The notes below the pieces were generated by a model that saw only the letters and a program-made list of their open reading frames with translations, made no database searches and was not told where the DNA came from. A DNA stretch of 64,000 bases from Paramecium tetraurelia (Eukaryota), in contig CT868130.1 of NCBI GenBank assembly GCA_000165425.1, positions 372,001 through 436,000 of the forward strand. Reading direction: 5' to 3'. Position numbers and translations under genes: made by a program. Positions 11,701 through 24,528 of the stretch are shown in pieces. The number at the start of each line of letters is the position of its first letter. The first letter of the stretch is position 1.

Positions 11701-14105
11701 TGCAATTTGACAATTTGACTAATCATGTAACTATAAATGGTGATAATCAAATTGTTGCCATAAACTATTATAATAATTTGGATATCACAGTAATATCATT
11801 TAGTGATGTAGAGACAAACTAGATCTATGATATTATTTATGGATCAATAAATCAATTGATAGGTAGATTTATATTCCTTGAAAATTAAAAAAGTGAGTTC
11901 TTTTACTTGAAAAACAACAAATTATAATTAATAAACTAGGGAACATTTAAGATGATAAATGAATGTGAAATAAGTAATGTAAAATTATAACTTTTACATA
12001 ACTATTGTAATAAAATAGACGACACTGTATTGCTTTCTTTTATTGATTCAATTGTAATTCTGAGTCTTCGTCCATTTGAAGTCATTAAATTTATATAAGT
12101 TGATGCAATCGATTTATTAGTAAATTTATAAAAAAATCAATTGTAAATATTGACCAATTATGAAATTATAAATTATGATATTAAATACTTAGAAGACAGA
12201 CAAAACTAAATTAAGAATTTTAATTATTAGTTTGAGGAAATTGTATTTTCATAGAACTCTCCCAATTTCCTGGGTAGGATTAGATATACAAATGAGATTG
12301 TTTTGGCAACATTTCAAAATAAGGATTTTGAATTCAAAATTCTAACAAAATCAGAGAATCCTCGATTTTATTTGAGCAATGATTTGAACTCAGCTGTAAT
12401 ATGCGAGGAAGATTGCACAGTTTATTTTGATTTAAAAACTAATAAGTAAATAAGAATTGTAAATTTACAATATGAGAAAATTTTGTGGATTAAAGACAAT
12501 TCAAACTTATTTTATATTCAATCTGGATTTGTTGAGGAGTATAGAAATTCTGTTATTACTATAAAAAACAAAATTGTTAGTAAATAATCATACAGATCCA
12601 TCTAAAAGGTTTAGAGTACTGAAAATAAATTGTACATTACTACAACTACAAATGATACAATAGTCATTAATGAACAATTTGTGTAAGATTTTATTACATC
12701 AAAATAAATGATTAAGAAGTATAGAGAACATTATATAACTGAAAGTGATTTAAGATTTGAGAGCAAGGTTAGGAACACAATCACAATAAATTATTAGACC
12801 AATAACAAAATAAGAGATTTTTGGATGTTTTCTGAAACAATTTTGATCAAGGAATAGATTGATAACAGCGAGATGGGATTTTTAGTATTGTTGGATAAGT
12901 AAAACTATAAAGTAATAAGTGAAATATTGGTCTAGATAGATTTTATAGCTTATACAGCAGATGCAATCTAAATCATTTCTAATAGATTAATTTGGTTAAC
13001 ATATTCAGCCTTTGATTTATAATTATTGCAAACCAACATTTTGAATGTGAATACAATGTTCGTTGTATCAAATCATATAGATTAACTGATGATAATCTCC
13101 TAATATTCTGAAATAACTATTTGGAATACAATCACTTATGTAGCAGATTACTACTAAAAAAATGTGGAATTGATTTAATATGTTAAAATGATACCAGGAA
13201 ACAAGAATGAGTATTACATAGCGGATAGAGATGTCTTAAAATTATATATTTAAAATGAAGTTCGCTTTTCTATTTAATTGAGTAAGAAGAGAATTGATCT
13301 ACTCACAAATAAATACGGAGTGCATCATTATATTTATTAAGTAGAAGATGACAAGGTGATATTAAACTGCATGAGTGAAGATAATAAACTTATATACTGG
13401 AAGAAAATAGTTTTTGAATTAGATTCAATAAGAGAATAGATCGATTGCTATGATAATAAAGACAACAGACTAGTATTTTTTGGGGGGTCTAAAATTCAAT
13501 AAGTCTAACTGGATGCCTTTGATGATATTAAGGTTCTGGATATCCCAGCTAACTTTAAAGGAGTTCAAATTAAATACAACAGAGATTGTTCAACAATATA
13601 TTTTAGATCTAATGAAAAGATCTTGGTCATTGAAGCTATGACTATGAATCTAATTACTTAAGTTATTCTAATGGAAATCTTGCCTCAACCATTTGACTTT
13701 AATTGTTAATTGGAAATGTATTGCCAAAATCAGAATAATATTATAATCTAATAAGAGAAGAATGGTTATCATTATGTATATAACTATAATTAATAAGCTG
13801 CTTTTGGTTAATTGGATATAGTGACCATAGGTAATTATCATCATTTCATTGGTACGAATTCATATGGATTACTAATTGTTGATGGTCAGACTGGAATCAT
13901 TGAATTATTTATGCCTAAAATTGTTAACCCTAAAAATAACTTTGTGTCCTATATTAGATAACAACAATTCAATAAGTCAAACATAGTTCAATGCCAAATT
14001 TGCGACAATTTATTGGAAAATTGCCAGATCATTTCAAATAATGGGGAGAATATTAGTGAATTGTGGAAAAAGGGAGAATAGGTTGATTTATTGATATCAT
14101 TTTGA
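5769..14105 (+). CDS. NACHT/STAND NTPase with pentapeptide repeats and degenerate WD40-like beta-propeller (NLR-like), ~2,778 aa, apparently intronless
   Basis: ATG 5769 and TGA 14103-14105 are in one frame, as are ORF-track pieces 6090, 8640 and 9840. P-loop GEAGSGKS (9303-9326), Walker-B region LFIFEEYDK, PKYIIATRSE, YAFENKIIQEFLVA, LASNALYLL followed by pentapeptide-like GLDLQGIRLKDIPIDNCHFYNCNLQGSEW, then a long beta-rich tail. Confidence 0.85.
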
Positions 14106-14166
14106 GGAAGTATTTATTTTATAACAGTAAAGTAATTAAATAAAATTTATTCATAAATAATAATAC

Positions 14167-14875
14167 ATGTCTCGCTACATCAATTTAGTAAAAATTCATA
14201 TCATTGTTGAAAGCAAGACAAGAGTGTTCCATGCAAACCACTAGAGGAGTTTGATATTAAAGTATACAGAGAAAAACTTAATGATAAATATGGAAAATCG
14301 CCACTTGCATCCTAGCATACGCAACCCATATCTCCAAAAAAGAATATCAAAATAGGGTATTCAATCAATCTACAATAGTAATCCAAGTTTTGATTTATTG
14401 CAAACTAAATTAAAAGAATTTTCAAATAAAAAAAGTATATCGCCATTAAAATCAAGAGTTGATCAAAATTCTCCAAAAAGAGTATCTGGAATTTAGCAAT
14501 AGTAAATAATTCGAAAAATAAAAGGATTTCTAAGATAGGCACGTTAAATTTTACATTGCCATCCAAATAAATGAGAATTGGATCTTTCTCCGATACTTTA
14601 TAGTTCAATGGTTCTATTAGTGAAGATAGAAGAATATATCCAGTGAGACTTGAGACTGAAGTCTAAGAAAAATTGGCATTCTCCCAGAAGCCGTAAGAAT
14701 TTCTTATAGTTTTTTCAGTATTACCAATATGATTCCTCTGCATGAAATCATGAATATGAGAAACAAATTAGAAAATGCACAATTAAATGTTAATTAAATT
14801 AGTTCTGCTTATACAAGTGAAATGGTTAAATTGGCCTCTGTTATTAATTCCTAATTGAAAAAGAAATCAAAATGA
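14167..14875 (+). CDS. Hypothetical protein (SP-rich, basic)
   Basis: MSRYINL/intron/QDKSVPCKPLEEFDIKVYREK...; several short GT..AG introns; ends KKKSK-TGA. Confidence 0.6.
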
Positions 14876-14991
14876 TTATATTAACTTATTATTATTACAT
14901 CATATCATGTAATATTAAATTTGTAGTATACATATTAATTTTTTAATTAAATCTTTTAAATCAAATCAGCCTTGCAATTAAAATATAAATT

Positions 14992-16071
14992 ATGCAAGAC
15001 TTATCAATTCTTTCCGATCTCCTTCCCTATACATGGCCCGAATAATAACAATAGAGAATCAGTCTTATCAACAATCTGAAAGAATAATTTCATTCAATCC
15101 TTCAAGCCAACCCATGTTTTTATGAAAAGATAAGAAGAATTAAGTAAAATCTAGCCCTCTAAGGTCCATATTATGAACTAATACAAGAGTTTGAAGAGGA
15201 AACCTATACTCACCATAAATTAAAACACATTTTGTAATATTTACATTTTGAAGGAGAACAAAGACCCACAATTTTAAAATAATTTTTAAACCCACAAAAA
15301 TTATAAAAATTAATTTGTGATATTTATAGAATTTTCAATAGAACCATATTAGATTACTAAGCTAAATCAATTGCATATCCTTAATATTTGAAATTAAGTC
15401 TATCTATCTATAAGAAGATATCTAATCAAAACTTTTTGGATTCAAATACATTTAACTTTATTTGCCATTATGGTAGCAGGAGATGTTATACCTTAAGAGA
15501 TTTATGGTAAGATTTCGATGTCAATCAGCCTAAATATATTTGGTTAACATAATGTTTAAAGAGAATCTCTAATTGTAATTAACCTAGAATAAATTCCGTA
15601 CAATAATATTTTAATAAATAACAATTAAATTTATGCTTTATACTTTATTGCATCATGTAATGCGAAGAATTAATTGCTATTGCCTTAGGAGAACAATGTA
15701 GCAACTCTTTAATTTACTATGAAGATGACTAGATAATTCCATAAGAAATTTCTAGTGAAGATTTCTCTTGGCATTATAATTGTTTTACTCAAATTCGAGA
15801 TTATTTCCCTAGATTAGCCTAAAAACTGAATAAAAGAATGAAATAATTAAAAAACCTCCCAATTTACAATGAATAAACTAGGATATAAATCTTTAATTAT
15901 ACTTAATCATTACATGGTTATCAAAATAATTTTGAAAACACCTTATCCGAAGATATAAAATAAAATATTAGTCAAATTTTATCATACTAATAACTTGATT
16001 ATGATCCAGGACTTGTAATCTTGGTGGCCAATGCCAAAATGTATACTTAACTGATGTATTCACTCATGTGA
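14992..16071 (+). CDS. Hypothetical protein
   Basis: MQDLSILSDLLPYTWPEQQQQ...; open frame after a ~20-nt intron near 15145-15165; ends YSLM-TGA. Confidence 0.55.
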
Positions 16072-16099
16072 CATAGAATCGCATCAAAAATAATATATA

Positions 16100-16808
16100 T
16101 TTATTTTGATTGTTTTATTATATCTGATTAAAGTAAAATTTATATCTCATTTAACCAAAAACCATAGGGCTCACCTAAGAGAGGTTATATGTAAAATTGA
16201 ACATGTTAATGTTCAAATTTGTTATGATATTAATAATGTATTGCATCGTTACTATTGAATAACTGTGTAATCAATACTATTTAGCCAATTTATCCTGAAT
16301 TTAATCGGAATTTATGATGTCAAAAATTCATACTTTTAGTTGAAAGTTCAACACTGCTTATTTGTTTTCAAATAAATAAAATGCTTTTTTAACTAAAATT
16401 CAGTAGTAATCTCAAATATTTAAGGCTAATTATAGCAAAATAAATATTCTAAATATTCTAAATTTTGTTTGTATGTTCTCAAATATTCATACTTTATATA
16501 TACAAGAGACTTTAGAGAATCTATTAGATTATATAACAATTAATAAGTTAGTATTGAACCACATTTGCAAAATAAAATAACAAAGAAGAATTTGCAGGAT
16601 ATGAATCTTTCTATAAATTTTCTTTAAGAAGGATTAGTAACCCTTAATAGTCAAACTATTTAAAAAGAACAATCTATGTTATCTTTCTCAATTATTTTCG
16701 TAATAAATTAAAGAAAATATGAAATAGAAGCACATCCTAACACTATTTCATATGATAAAACTTTATACTAAATTTATGCTTACAAGGCCAGAGTCTTAAA
16801 GAAGTCAT
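16100..16808 (-). pseudogene. Possible degenerate gene or pseudogene
   Basis: ATG at 16808 opens ~108 codons (MTSLRLWPCKHKF...). Downstream frames hit TGA codons that plausible short introns do not cleanly remove. The 3' end is uncertain. Confidence 0.2.
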
Positions 16809-16981
16809 TATGATTTAAAAATAATTCTCCTATAAAGAAAAATGATTTATTTTTATCAAGAATTACTGCAATAAATGATTAATATATAAATGATATCTTA
16901 ATATTAATGTTGATAGATATTATAATATAATTATAATTCAAGACTTAATAAAAGTATAGATTTAATTTCAACCATACAAAA

Positions 16982-18495
16982 TCACTTCTACTTTTATTTT
17001 TATTTTATATCTGATTCAATTATCTCATCTTCAATTAATGCATTACGCATAGAGATTTATTAAGTAAAACTATCAATCAAATCACAGCTTAAATTCAGGC
17101 TGAAAGAAGGGTAATAAGATCTTTGCATAGAAGTGAGTAGTCTATTATCATCGTTTTAATGATAACTGTTTTCTAGTTCTTGTTTTAGTATTTTTGCAGA
17201 GAATGGGTAAGGCTGATTTGCATGATCCATCGTTTATTCGACTTCAAATTCATCAGCCTCATTTTAATGACTTTTAGTGGTTGCGAAAGATCCTCCTATT
17301 TCTTTTGAAATTTATTATGAAGTAAGAAATTGAATAGCCTCTTCTGATGACAGACGCTTATTTGGATTAACCTCTAAGAGTCCAAATAAGACTTGGTTAA
17401 GGGCATTAGTATAGAAATTATGATAGTTTTTGGTAAAATGGCATTTTTTATTTTATTATAGCAAATCTTTAGTTTTGTCAGATTCAAATAATGGTTATCT
17501 ATTCATTCTATAAAGATGATAAATGATATTACAATCTATAGAGGATGACTCCGATTCCAAACATGTCTACTTTGAAGGTAAACTTAAACTTCTACCCTTG
17601 TTTGCTTTCGTCATGTTGCAAAATCTCTGGAGCAATATAACCTGGTGTGCCACAAACAGCAAAGGAAACAGGTTGGGTATTTGAAATTGCCAAGCCAAAA
17701 TCGATTAGTTTAAGAGAACTAATAACACTAGGCTTACTAAGTACAATATTTTCTAATTTAATGTCTCGATGGATGTAATTCTCAGAATGTAATGAATTGA
17801 TACCATGTAATAGTTACTAGTAGTTTATAATATTCAAACTTACCAGCAATATAATCCTTATAGAAATATCTGGGATGAGATCAGTTTATAATTTTAAAAA
17901 TCTATGCAAAGTTTCACCTTCTAAATATTCAAAAACGAGATAATAAGTTTACTCCCCTTCAAATATATCAATCAATTTAACAATATTTTTGTGATTCTGA
18001 ATTGATCTCAATATATTAATCTCATTAAATAGTCTATTCAGTCTGTCAGGTGTTTTTTTTTTTGTTATATAATCTTTGCTTATGCATTTGGCTGCATATT
18101 TTTATTTTGTTTATATATCTGATATCAGAAGTACTTTGCATGAAGCACCGGAACCTATTTATTCGTTTGAAGTATAAAAGTTGGATATGCTGTGAAAAAA
18201 TATTCGATTATTAAGAATGGATTTTATTTGTAACAAATCAGAAGGTTACCCATAAAACCATTTGCAAGAATTTTGATACTTTATACCAAATGCCTAAATT
18301 ATGCCCTGATCACTGACTTTCCAGCTTATTTTATTTTGCAAATTTATATCCAGCTCATACTTTGCTGGCCGATCCTATCATTTATCATTAAGACAATACT
18401 TCTAATCCAATTAATAATTTCTCCTCCTGGATCTACAACCTATATGTCTAATTCAACAGAAAGTGTTTTCGAATGACTTAGCAGCTGTAAATCAT
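16982..18495 (-). CDS. CAMK-group Ser/Thr protein kinase with N-terminal PH-like extension
   Basis: MIYSCQVIRKHFLLNQTY...; IGSGASCKV, YAAK, IHRDIKLEN, DFGLA, CGTPGYIAPE; TGA at 16982-16984. Confidence 0.9.
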
Positions 18496-18959
18496 CTTAA
18501 ATTAATTAAAGTATAAAAGAAACTATAAATTAATAGTAAAGAATAAAAAAACATATTTACTTCAAAATTTGATTATTGTAAAACATTCATTTTTATCATT
18601 AGTTGTAATAGCAAGGCAAATTTATTGTCCAAACTTAATGATTCGATATGGAAAATAGATAAATTAAATTAATTAGCAAACAAAAATATATAATTCATAA
18701 GAACTTCTATTTAAGCATTCACTACATTCCTACATTATGTCAAGAAATATGATAATATGCACTCCATGTCAATCAGAAATTTAACATTTGACTTATATGA
18801 AAAATGCTTAATGAATTTTGAAGAATATGATTTTACCAAAAATATTATATGCTTTGATTTTAGGAATAATTTATATTCTGAGTTAGGAATATATAATTTA
18901 TCAAATTGTAAATATTGGTACTTTAAAAAGAGTTCATAATAAAATTAGTATCAGAGATT

Positions 18960-20855
18960 ATGGAAGGGTATTTATTGAAATGGGTTAATCCATTTTAAAG
19001 ATGGTAGAAGAGATACTTCATACTTAACGATCATATTCTTACTTATTGCGATCAACCAGGAGGTAGATCGAAAGGACAGATCCATCTTAAAGTAGCAGGA
19101 ATCAATGAAAGTAAGGATGACCCTTTACGAATTACTATCAATACGGGAACAGGCTAGATCTTATTAAAGGCATCTAATGTTGATGATAAAAGTAAGTGGT
19201 TGGTAGCTTTAAAGAAAAACTAGGAGTATTGTCAAAGACATTAGGTGTTCAATTATGGTTAAAGAATTTAAGAACTATTAACAGATATCTGGAGCAATTT
19301 TGCCTTGTTTGATGAATAACTTACTTATCTTTAAGATAAAGCCACTTTAATTGTGTACAAGGAAATCAACCAAATTATTAATCTAGGACAATACTTAAAA
19401 AATGGAATAACTTTGTGTTGCACATTAATAGAAGAAGAAAAAATTAAATTGTATGGGGAATCAGATACAATCTATGAGAGTTTCAATTTTGAGAATGAAA
19501 TACCCTTAAATACCTAATCATCTAATTATTTAATAAGATAAGAAGAATAAAAATAAAATTAATTAGAAAATCTCAACTCCCAACAATTTTTGGAATCTAT
19601 CAGACTATCAAATCCTATAAAATTTAATAACATTAAATTCAATAGGGTTTATTCCAGAATAAGTATAACCAACGAAGCTACTAGAAAATGTTTACCTTAT
19701 AAATAAGATCCAGATGAGAAGTTTGCATTCTGGCCATTTCTAAAGGAATGCATAGGAAAGGATTTAACACGAATTCCAATGCCATGTATACTTATGAAAA
19801 TCTAATTTAGTATTATTTCACTAGCCTCTATCCGCCTTACAGTTTTTTGCGACTTCATTTGAATATTATGAAACATTGAAATAAGCTGCAAGGGCTGATG
19901 ATCCATACAAAAGAATGGCATATTTAATTGCTTTTTCTTTAGTCAGGTGTCTCCTAAATATGGATTGCCAAAAGAAAATTTTCAATCCTGTCTTAGGAGA
20001 AACTTATGAATACATCACTCCTGAATATAAAGTGATCAGTGAATAAGTATGCCATCATCCTCCAGTTACTGCGGTTCATTGTGAAAGCGATGATTTTGTA
20101 TTTTCAATCACAATGGAAGTCACAGTAGGTTTTTCTGGGACCAGCATAATGGCCAAATTACCTGGTTTGGTCCATTTTAGAAACAAAAAAACTAATGAAT
20201 ATATGACTTATTCATTCCCAAATATGATTGTTAAGAATTTGTTATTTGGAAAAATGTATTTTGAATAAGTTGGTGAGGCTATTTACACTAATCACACTAC
20301 AGGAGATATTGGAATTTTAACTTTGAAGGAAAGAACTAGCCAAAAAGTGTATAATTTATTAATTATAAGGATGCTTACTAACTAAAAGCTACTATCAAAG
20401 ATAAAAATGGTAATATCAGATGTCAAATTAGTGGGTATTTTGATAAAGAAATTTATGCCAATAATGAATTAATTTGGAAAAGAAATTCTTTTGATCCAGA
20501 AAGTAAATGGTATTACTTTTATTCTCATCATATTTTGTAATTAAATCATTTAAATGAAGACATTTTAAGAGTATAAATCTATTATTATTACATAAAGAGT
20601 ATACCATAGACTGATAGTAGAATGAGATCAGACTTGAGAGCTTTGGAATATGGATTCAAGGATCTAGGTTAGGAAGAAAAAGTCAGAATCGAAGAAAAGT
20701 AAAGGGAACGAAGGAAGATAATGGAAGAAAAGAAATAATAACACATTCCTAGATTCTTTAAGGAAGAAATGGATCCAATATCTAAGAGAAACTAATGGGT
20801 TTATTAATACAATTATGAAAAAGAGAAACATTTAATAGATTTAGATTTATTTTGA
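18960..20855 (+). CDS. Oxysterol-binding protein (PH domain + OSBP-related domain)
   Basis: MEGYLLKWVNPFQRWQKRYFIL (PH); CIGKDLTRIPMP, FNPVLGETYE, EQVCHHPP, TDSRMRSDLRALE; ends DLF-TGA. Confidence 0.93.
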
Positions 20856-20989
20856 TTTGATTAATATTCTTATATTATTCATTTATTAATTGAATTTGAT
20901 ATATATATATCTTAACAATTTGCATTGTAATTACATTATAATTAATTAGAAATTCAAATAATTCTTCACTTTTAATAGTAATATTATAT

Positions 20990-23095
20990 TCAATCCCAAT
21001 CAGAATCTATTGTTTTTTATGTTTTTACATCTGCTTCGCTTATATTTACATCAGAAGTAAATTTAGTATAAATACCTCTAACAATATCTGCAACTGCTGT
21101 GATCTTTTTACTATTTCCAGTATTTTAAGCATCCCAAAACTTCATTTGTTGATATAAGTTTTTTTCCTCTTCTCCAAAATGTCCAGGTGGTTCATTTGGC
21201 TTTTTGTCAACTTGAAATATTTTATATTTCTATGATTAGAATAATCAAATTACTTCATAATTTGTATCGAAAACATTTCCTGATGTTAACAAAAAATCTG
21301 CAAAGTCTAAATCACTTTGCTTCCTTTAACGAACTTCCATATCTTCTTGCATTTACTTTAGTTTATTTTCTATTTTTATAAGCGGATCAGATACAAATGG
21401 AGTAGAATGGTGTTATTATTTTTCTAAATCTCTTAATGATTCAACAACAGACCTTTCTAATTCAATACTATGCTATGATATTCTTTGTGATTCTATTTCA
21501 TTGATTTCTTAATTTATCTTTTCTTGTCTAGGTGATTTAGCTGTCATTGGATGTTCTTAGACTCTTTAATTTTAATTCATATTAGGTAGAACTCCTTAAC
21601 TTTAAGTTACTGGAGGTTTTATTTACTTAGCCTATTTAGATATATTTAATTAGGTTTAAATATTGGGTCTAATCTCTTATTTCCCTTACTTTTTTGGAGT
21701 ATTAACTTATTAATGCTATTGTTGTTATTACTGTTATAATTATTATTATTATTGTGGTTATTATTATTATTACTATTATTATTAATATTACTATTACTGC
21801 TATTATTACTATTATTATTATTATTATTAATATTATTCCTACTGTTATTATTATTATAATTATTGCTATTCCTTTTTTTTGGTTTATAAGTATTCTCCAC
21901 TCATATCTTTATAGTCTTCTGGATTATATTAAAATTACTCTTATCTTTCTCTAGTCTTATGTATTTTTTCTTCCAACTCTCTAATTTATTTTCTCATTTT
22001 ATCTCTTTACATTTCTTCTGCTTCATCTAGATCATTTGCATTCTGTTGAATTATTTATTCTATCCTATCTAAATCAGATATAGACATTTAAGATTATTAT
22101 CTACTAATTTTATTGGATCTTATTCCATCAGACTTTTTGATTGATTGAATACTTTGATTAGCTTTGGAATTGGATTGCTGTTATTTTTATTGTTTCTAAG
22201 CCTTTTATTTAGGTTACTTTTTATTTTTTGTTTATTTTTTAGAAGATTGAGCTTATTCTTATTCTTCTTCCTCATCGACATCATCATCATCTTCATAGTT
22301 AATCAACGAAATTTCATTATTGATAGAGTATTATTAAGGCACTGAGAATTATGAAATGGCATAACTCTCATTAATTTACTATTATAATGTTTATTCTTAA
22401 ATTTCAACCTACTGTTGAGATTCGCATTAAACAGAGTTTTCATTTTCTATTGGCTCATTTAGAACTACTTCTTCATGCTTCTCTGTTGATATATCCACAT
22501 TTTATTCTTCAACTTTAATGCTAGAAAGACTTTGATCTTCTTAATTAGACTTCTATCTATTTTGTTCCTCTTATTATTACACTATTAAGTATTAGGTTTA
22601 TTATTGCAATTATTAGTATCTGGTAATTTTCTATATGCTTGATAAAGAGCCTTGAGATCTGTAACTTTCACCAATGCTTCCCACTCGATTAAATTTTGAT
22701 CTATTGAGTGCCAATTCCAATTTCTTGTAATGATCAGAGTTTTCATTTAAATGAACATTTTCAACTTTGATTGAGGATTGTAATTGCTTTCTTGTTAAAG
22801 TCGTTTATTATCCTTTAGAAATTTTGTATTCTTTCAGTCTATTTTCTAAAGCATCTTTGTGCAAAAAGTATTCATATTATTATATATCTAATGACCTAGT
22901 AGTAATTTGTTCTGGAGAATTTAATAGTGATTAATAATCAGTAACTTTATTGATTTTAGCATAGTTTTGTTTATTTTATAGAAATTTAAGTGTATATTTT
23001 TAATTTTTAAGTATTGAATTGTGTCCTCCTCCTGTACTACTTTAGACTTTTACATCATTGTTCTATCCCTTTGTGAATGGAATATAATCAAGCAT
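20990..23095 (-). CDS. Hypothetical low-complexity Gln-rich protein
   Basis: MLDYIPFTKGQNND...; long code-6 frame with acidic and polyQ tracts; ends DSDWD-TGA. Confidence 0.65.
21715..21870 (-). repeat. Imperfect (TAA)n trinucleotide tract encoding polyglutamine
   Basis: Plus strand shows (TTA)n runs; the minus coding frame reads TAA/TAG/CAA/CAG codons. Confidence 0.85.
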
Positions 23096-23257
23096 TTTAA
23101 TTAATTTTAATTGCTTAGGTAGGAATTAAAATATAAAATATATGAAATATACACTCATCCCCAAATCCAAATCCATTGTTAAAAATACAGAATTATTTAA
23201 ATCATTTTGTCATTCTAGTGTGTTTGATTACTTCACTTTAACAAATATAATTAATTT

Positions 23258-24498
23258 ATGCTATTTAAAATTGACTGCTCAACTATTGAATAAAGCAAAA
23301 AGATTCTAATTACCAACATTGCTCAATTCCCAATTTTGGTAAGAATATTAGACCACAATGCCTATAACTTTATTCCAACTTTCTCATTACTAAAAAGAGA
23401 TGAATGTAAATATTTCCAGATACTGAAAAAATAAAATTTCAATGATTATCGAGATATTATTATCGATGCCATTGAGTTTGAAGAAAGCAAAATTGATTCT
23501 TTCGTAATTTGATTATACTCTAATTGTAAGTCTGTTCCACCGTTTTGGAACGAAAAAGTTCAAGGTTGCCTGTAGAAATAATCTCTTTCTCTGCCTGCTG
23601 CTTCTAATGAAAACAGATCTAACTCTTTCATCTCATATGAAAGGTTGCCATCCATTAATCAGACATTTTTGGAATCGAAGGTAGGATAAATTAATAATGA
23701 CATCCCTATTAAATTCAATTCTCAAACTCTTAAATAGAAAGGTTCCAACAATGAAACCGATTCATAATTCAATTAACCAAGATTAAATTCCTTATAGTCT
23801 TAACAATTTAACAACTCAATACGCATTGGAGAGGAGAATAAATTTCAGTAAATTATAAATCCTCAAATATTAAGAAATTCAACCAATAGTTTTGAATCAT
23901 ATCATTAAAACCTAACCAAAACTGTTCAACAACCAATAATTTCCATGCCAAATGATCTCAATTAATTTTTAGATCAAATAGATTAATACGCCAGTCCCTT
24001 CTAACATCTTACACCCTCTTAGTAACTATCCTAAACTCCTTCCCAAAAAAACATTAGTGACAATGCATAGCAAGACTTGAGTTTAAGTGATACTACTTCG
24101 ATTTAGAGATTTGAATAAAGAAAACAATCGTACTTATAGTAAAGCAAATCTTAATTTAACGAGAAACCTAAATTAAGAGTCTCTCAAACTTTGATAGCTC
24201 ATCCAAAGTCAGGCATTGAAAGCTAGAAACATTTTGACAAAAATAAGGAGATTGAATCCTAAATCTAAAAATAAATTGTAAATTATCATCATTATTATTA
24301 CAATTTTAGGCAGAATTGAGAATTAGTAAAGATACACTTTCAACCGAATTGTAATAATTGAAATTTAAAGCTATGTTCCATACCAAAAACAAACAATCAA
24401 CTTATTAGTATGATATATACATATGGCATTTGCTCTTGACTAGTGTCGTATTTCTTATTATAGGGAGTGTACTAAAAAAAATGTTCTCACAATTTTGA
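23258..24498 (+). CDS. Tail-anchored membrane protein with possible divergent MSP domain (VAP-like architecture)
   Basis: N-terminal beta-rich KKILITNIAQFPILVRILDHNAYNFIPTFSLLK, S/Q-rich linker, short coiled coil, single C-terminal TM IWHLLLTSVVFLIIGSVL-KK, TGA 24496-24498. Confidence 0.55.
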
Positions 24499-24528
24499 TA
24501 TAATAATTATCAAGAAAATATAATATAA

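Noticed and set aside
18600..18950. Short plus-strand ORF (18757..18939) upstream of OSBP
   Set aside because: No motif; lies in the divergent intergenic region.
21646..21954. ORF-track poly-Asn (minus) and poly-Ile (plus) proteins
   Set aside because: They are off-frame or antisense readings of the (TAA)n polyQ tract in the 20990-23095 gene.
23155..23175. CCCCAAATCCAAATCC resembling ciliate telomeric repeats
   Set aside because: Too short and not a true C4A2/C3A3 tandem array.
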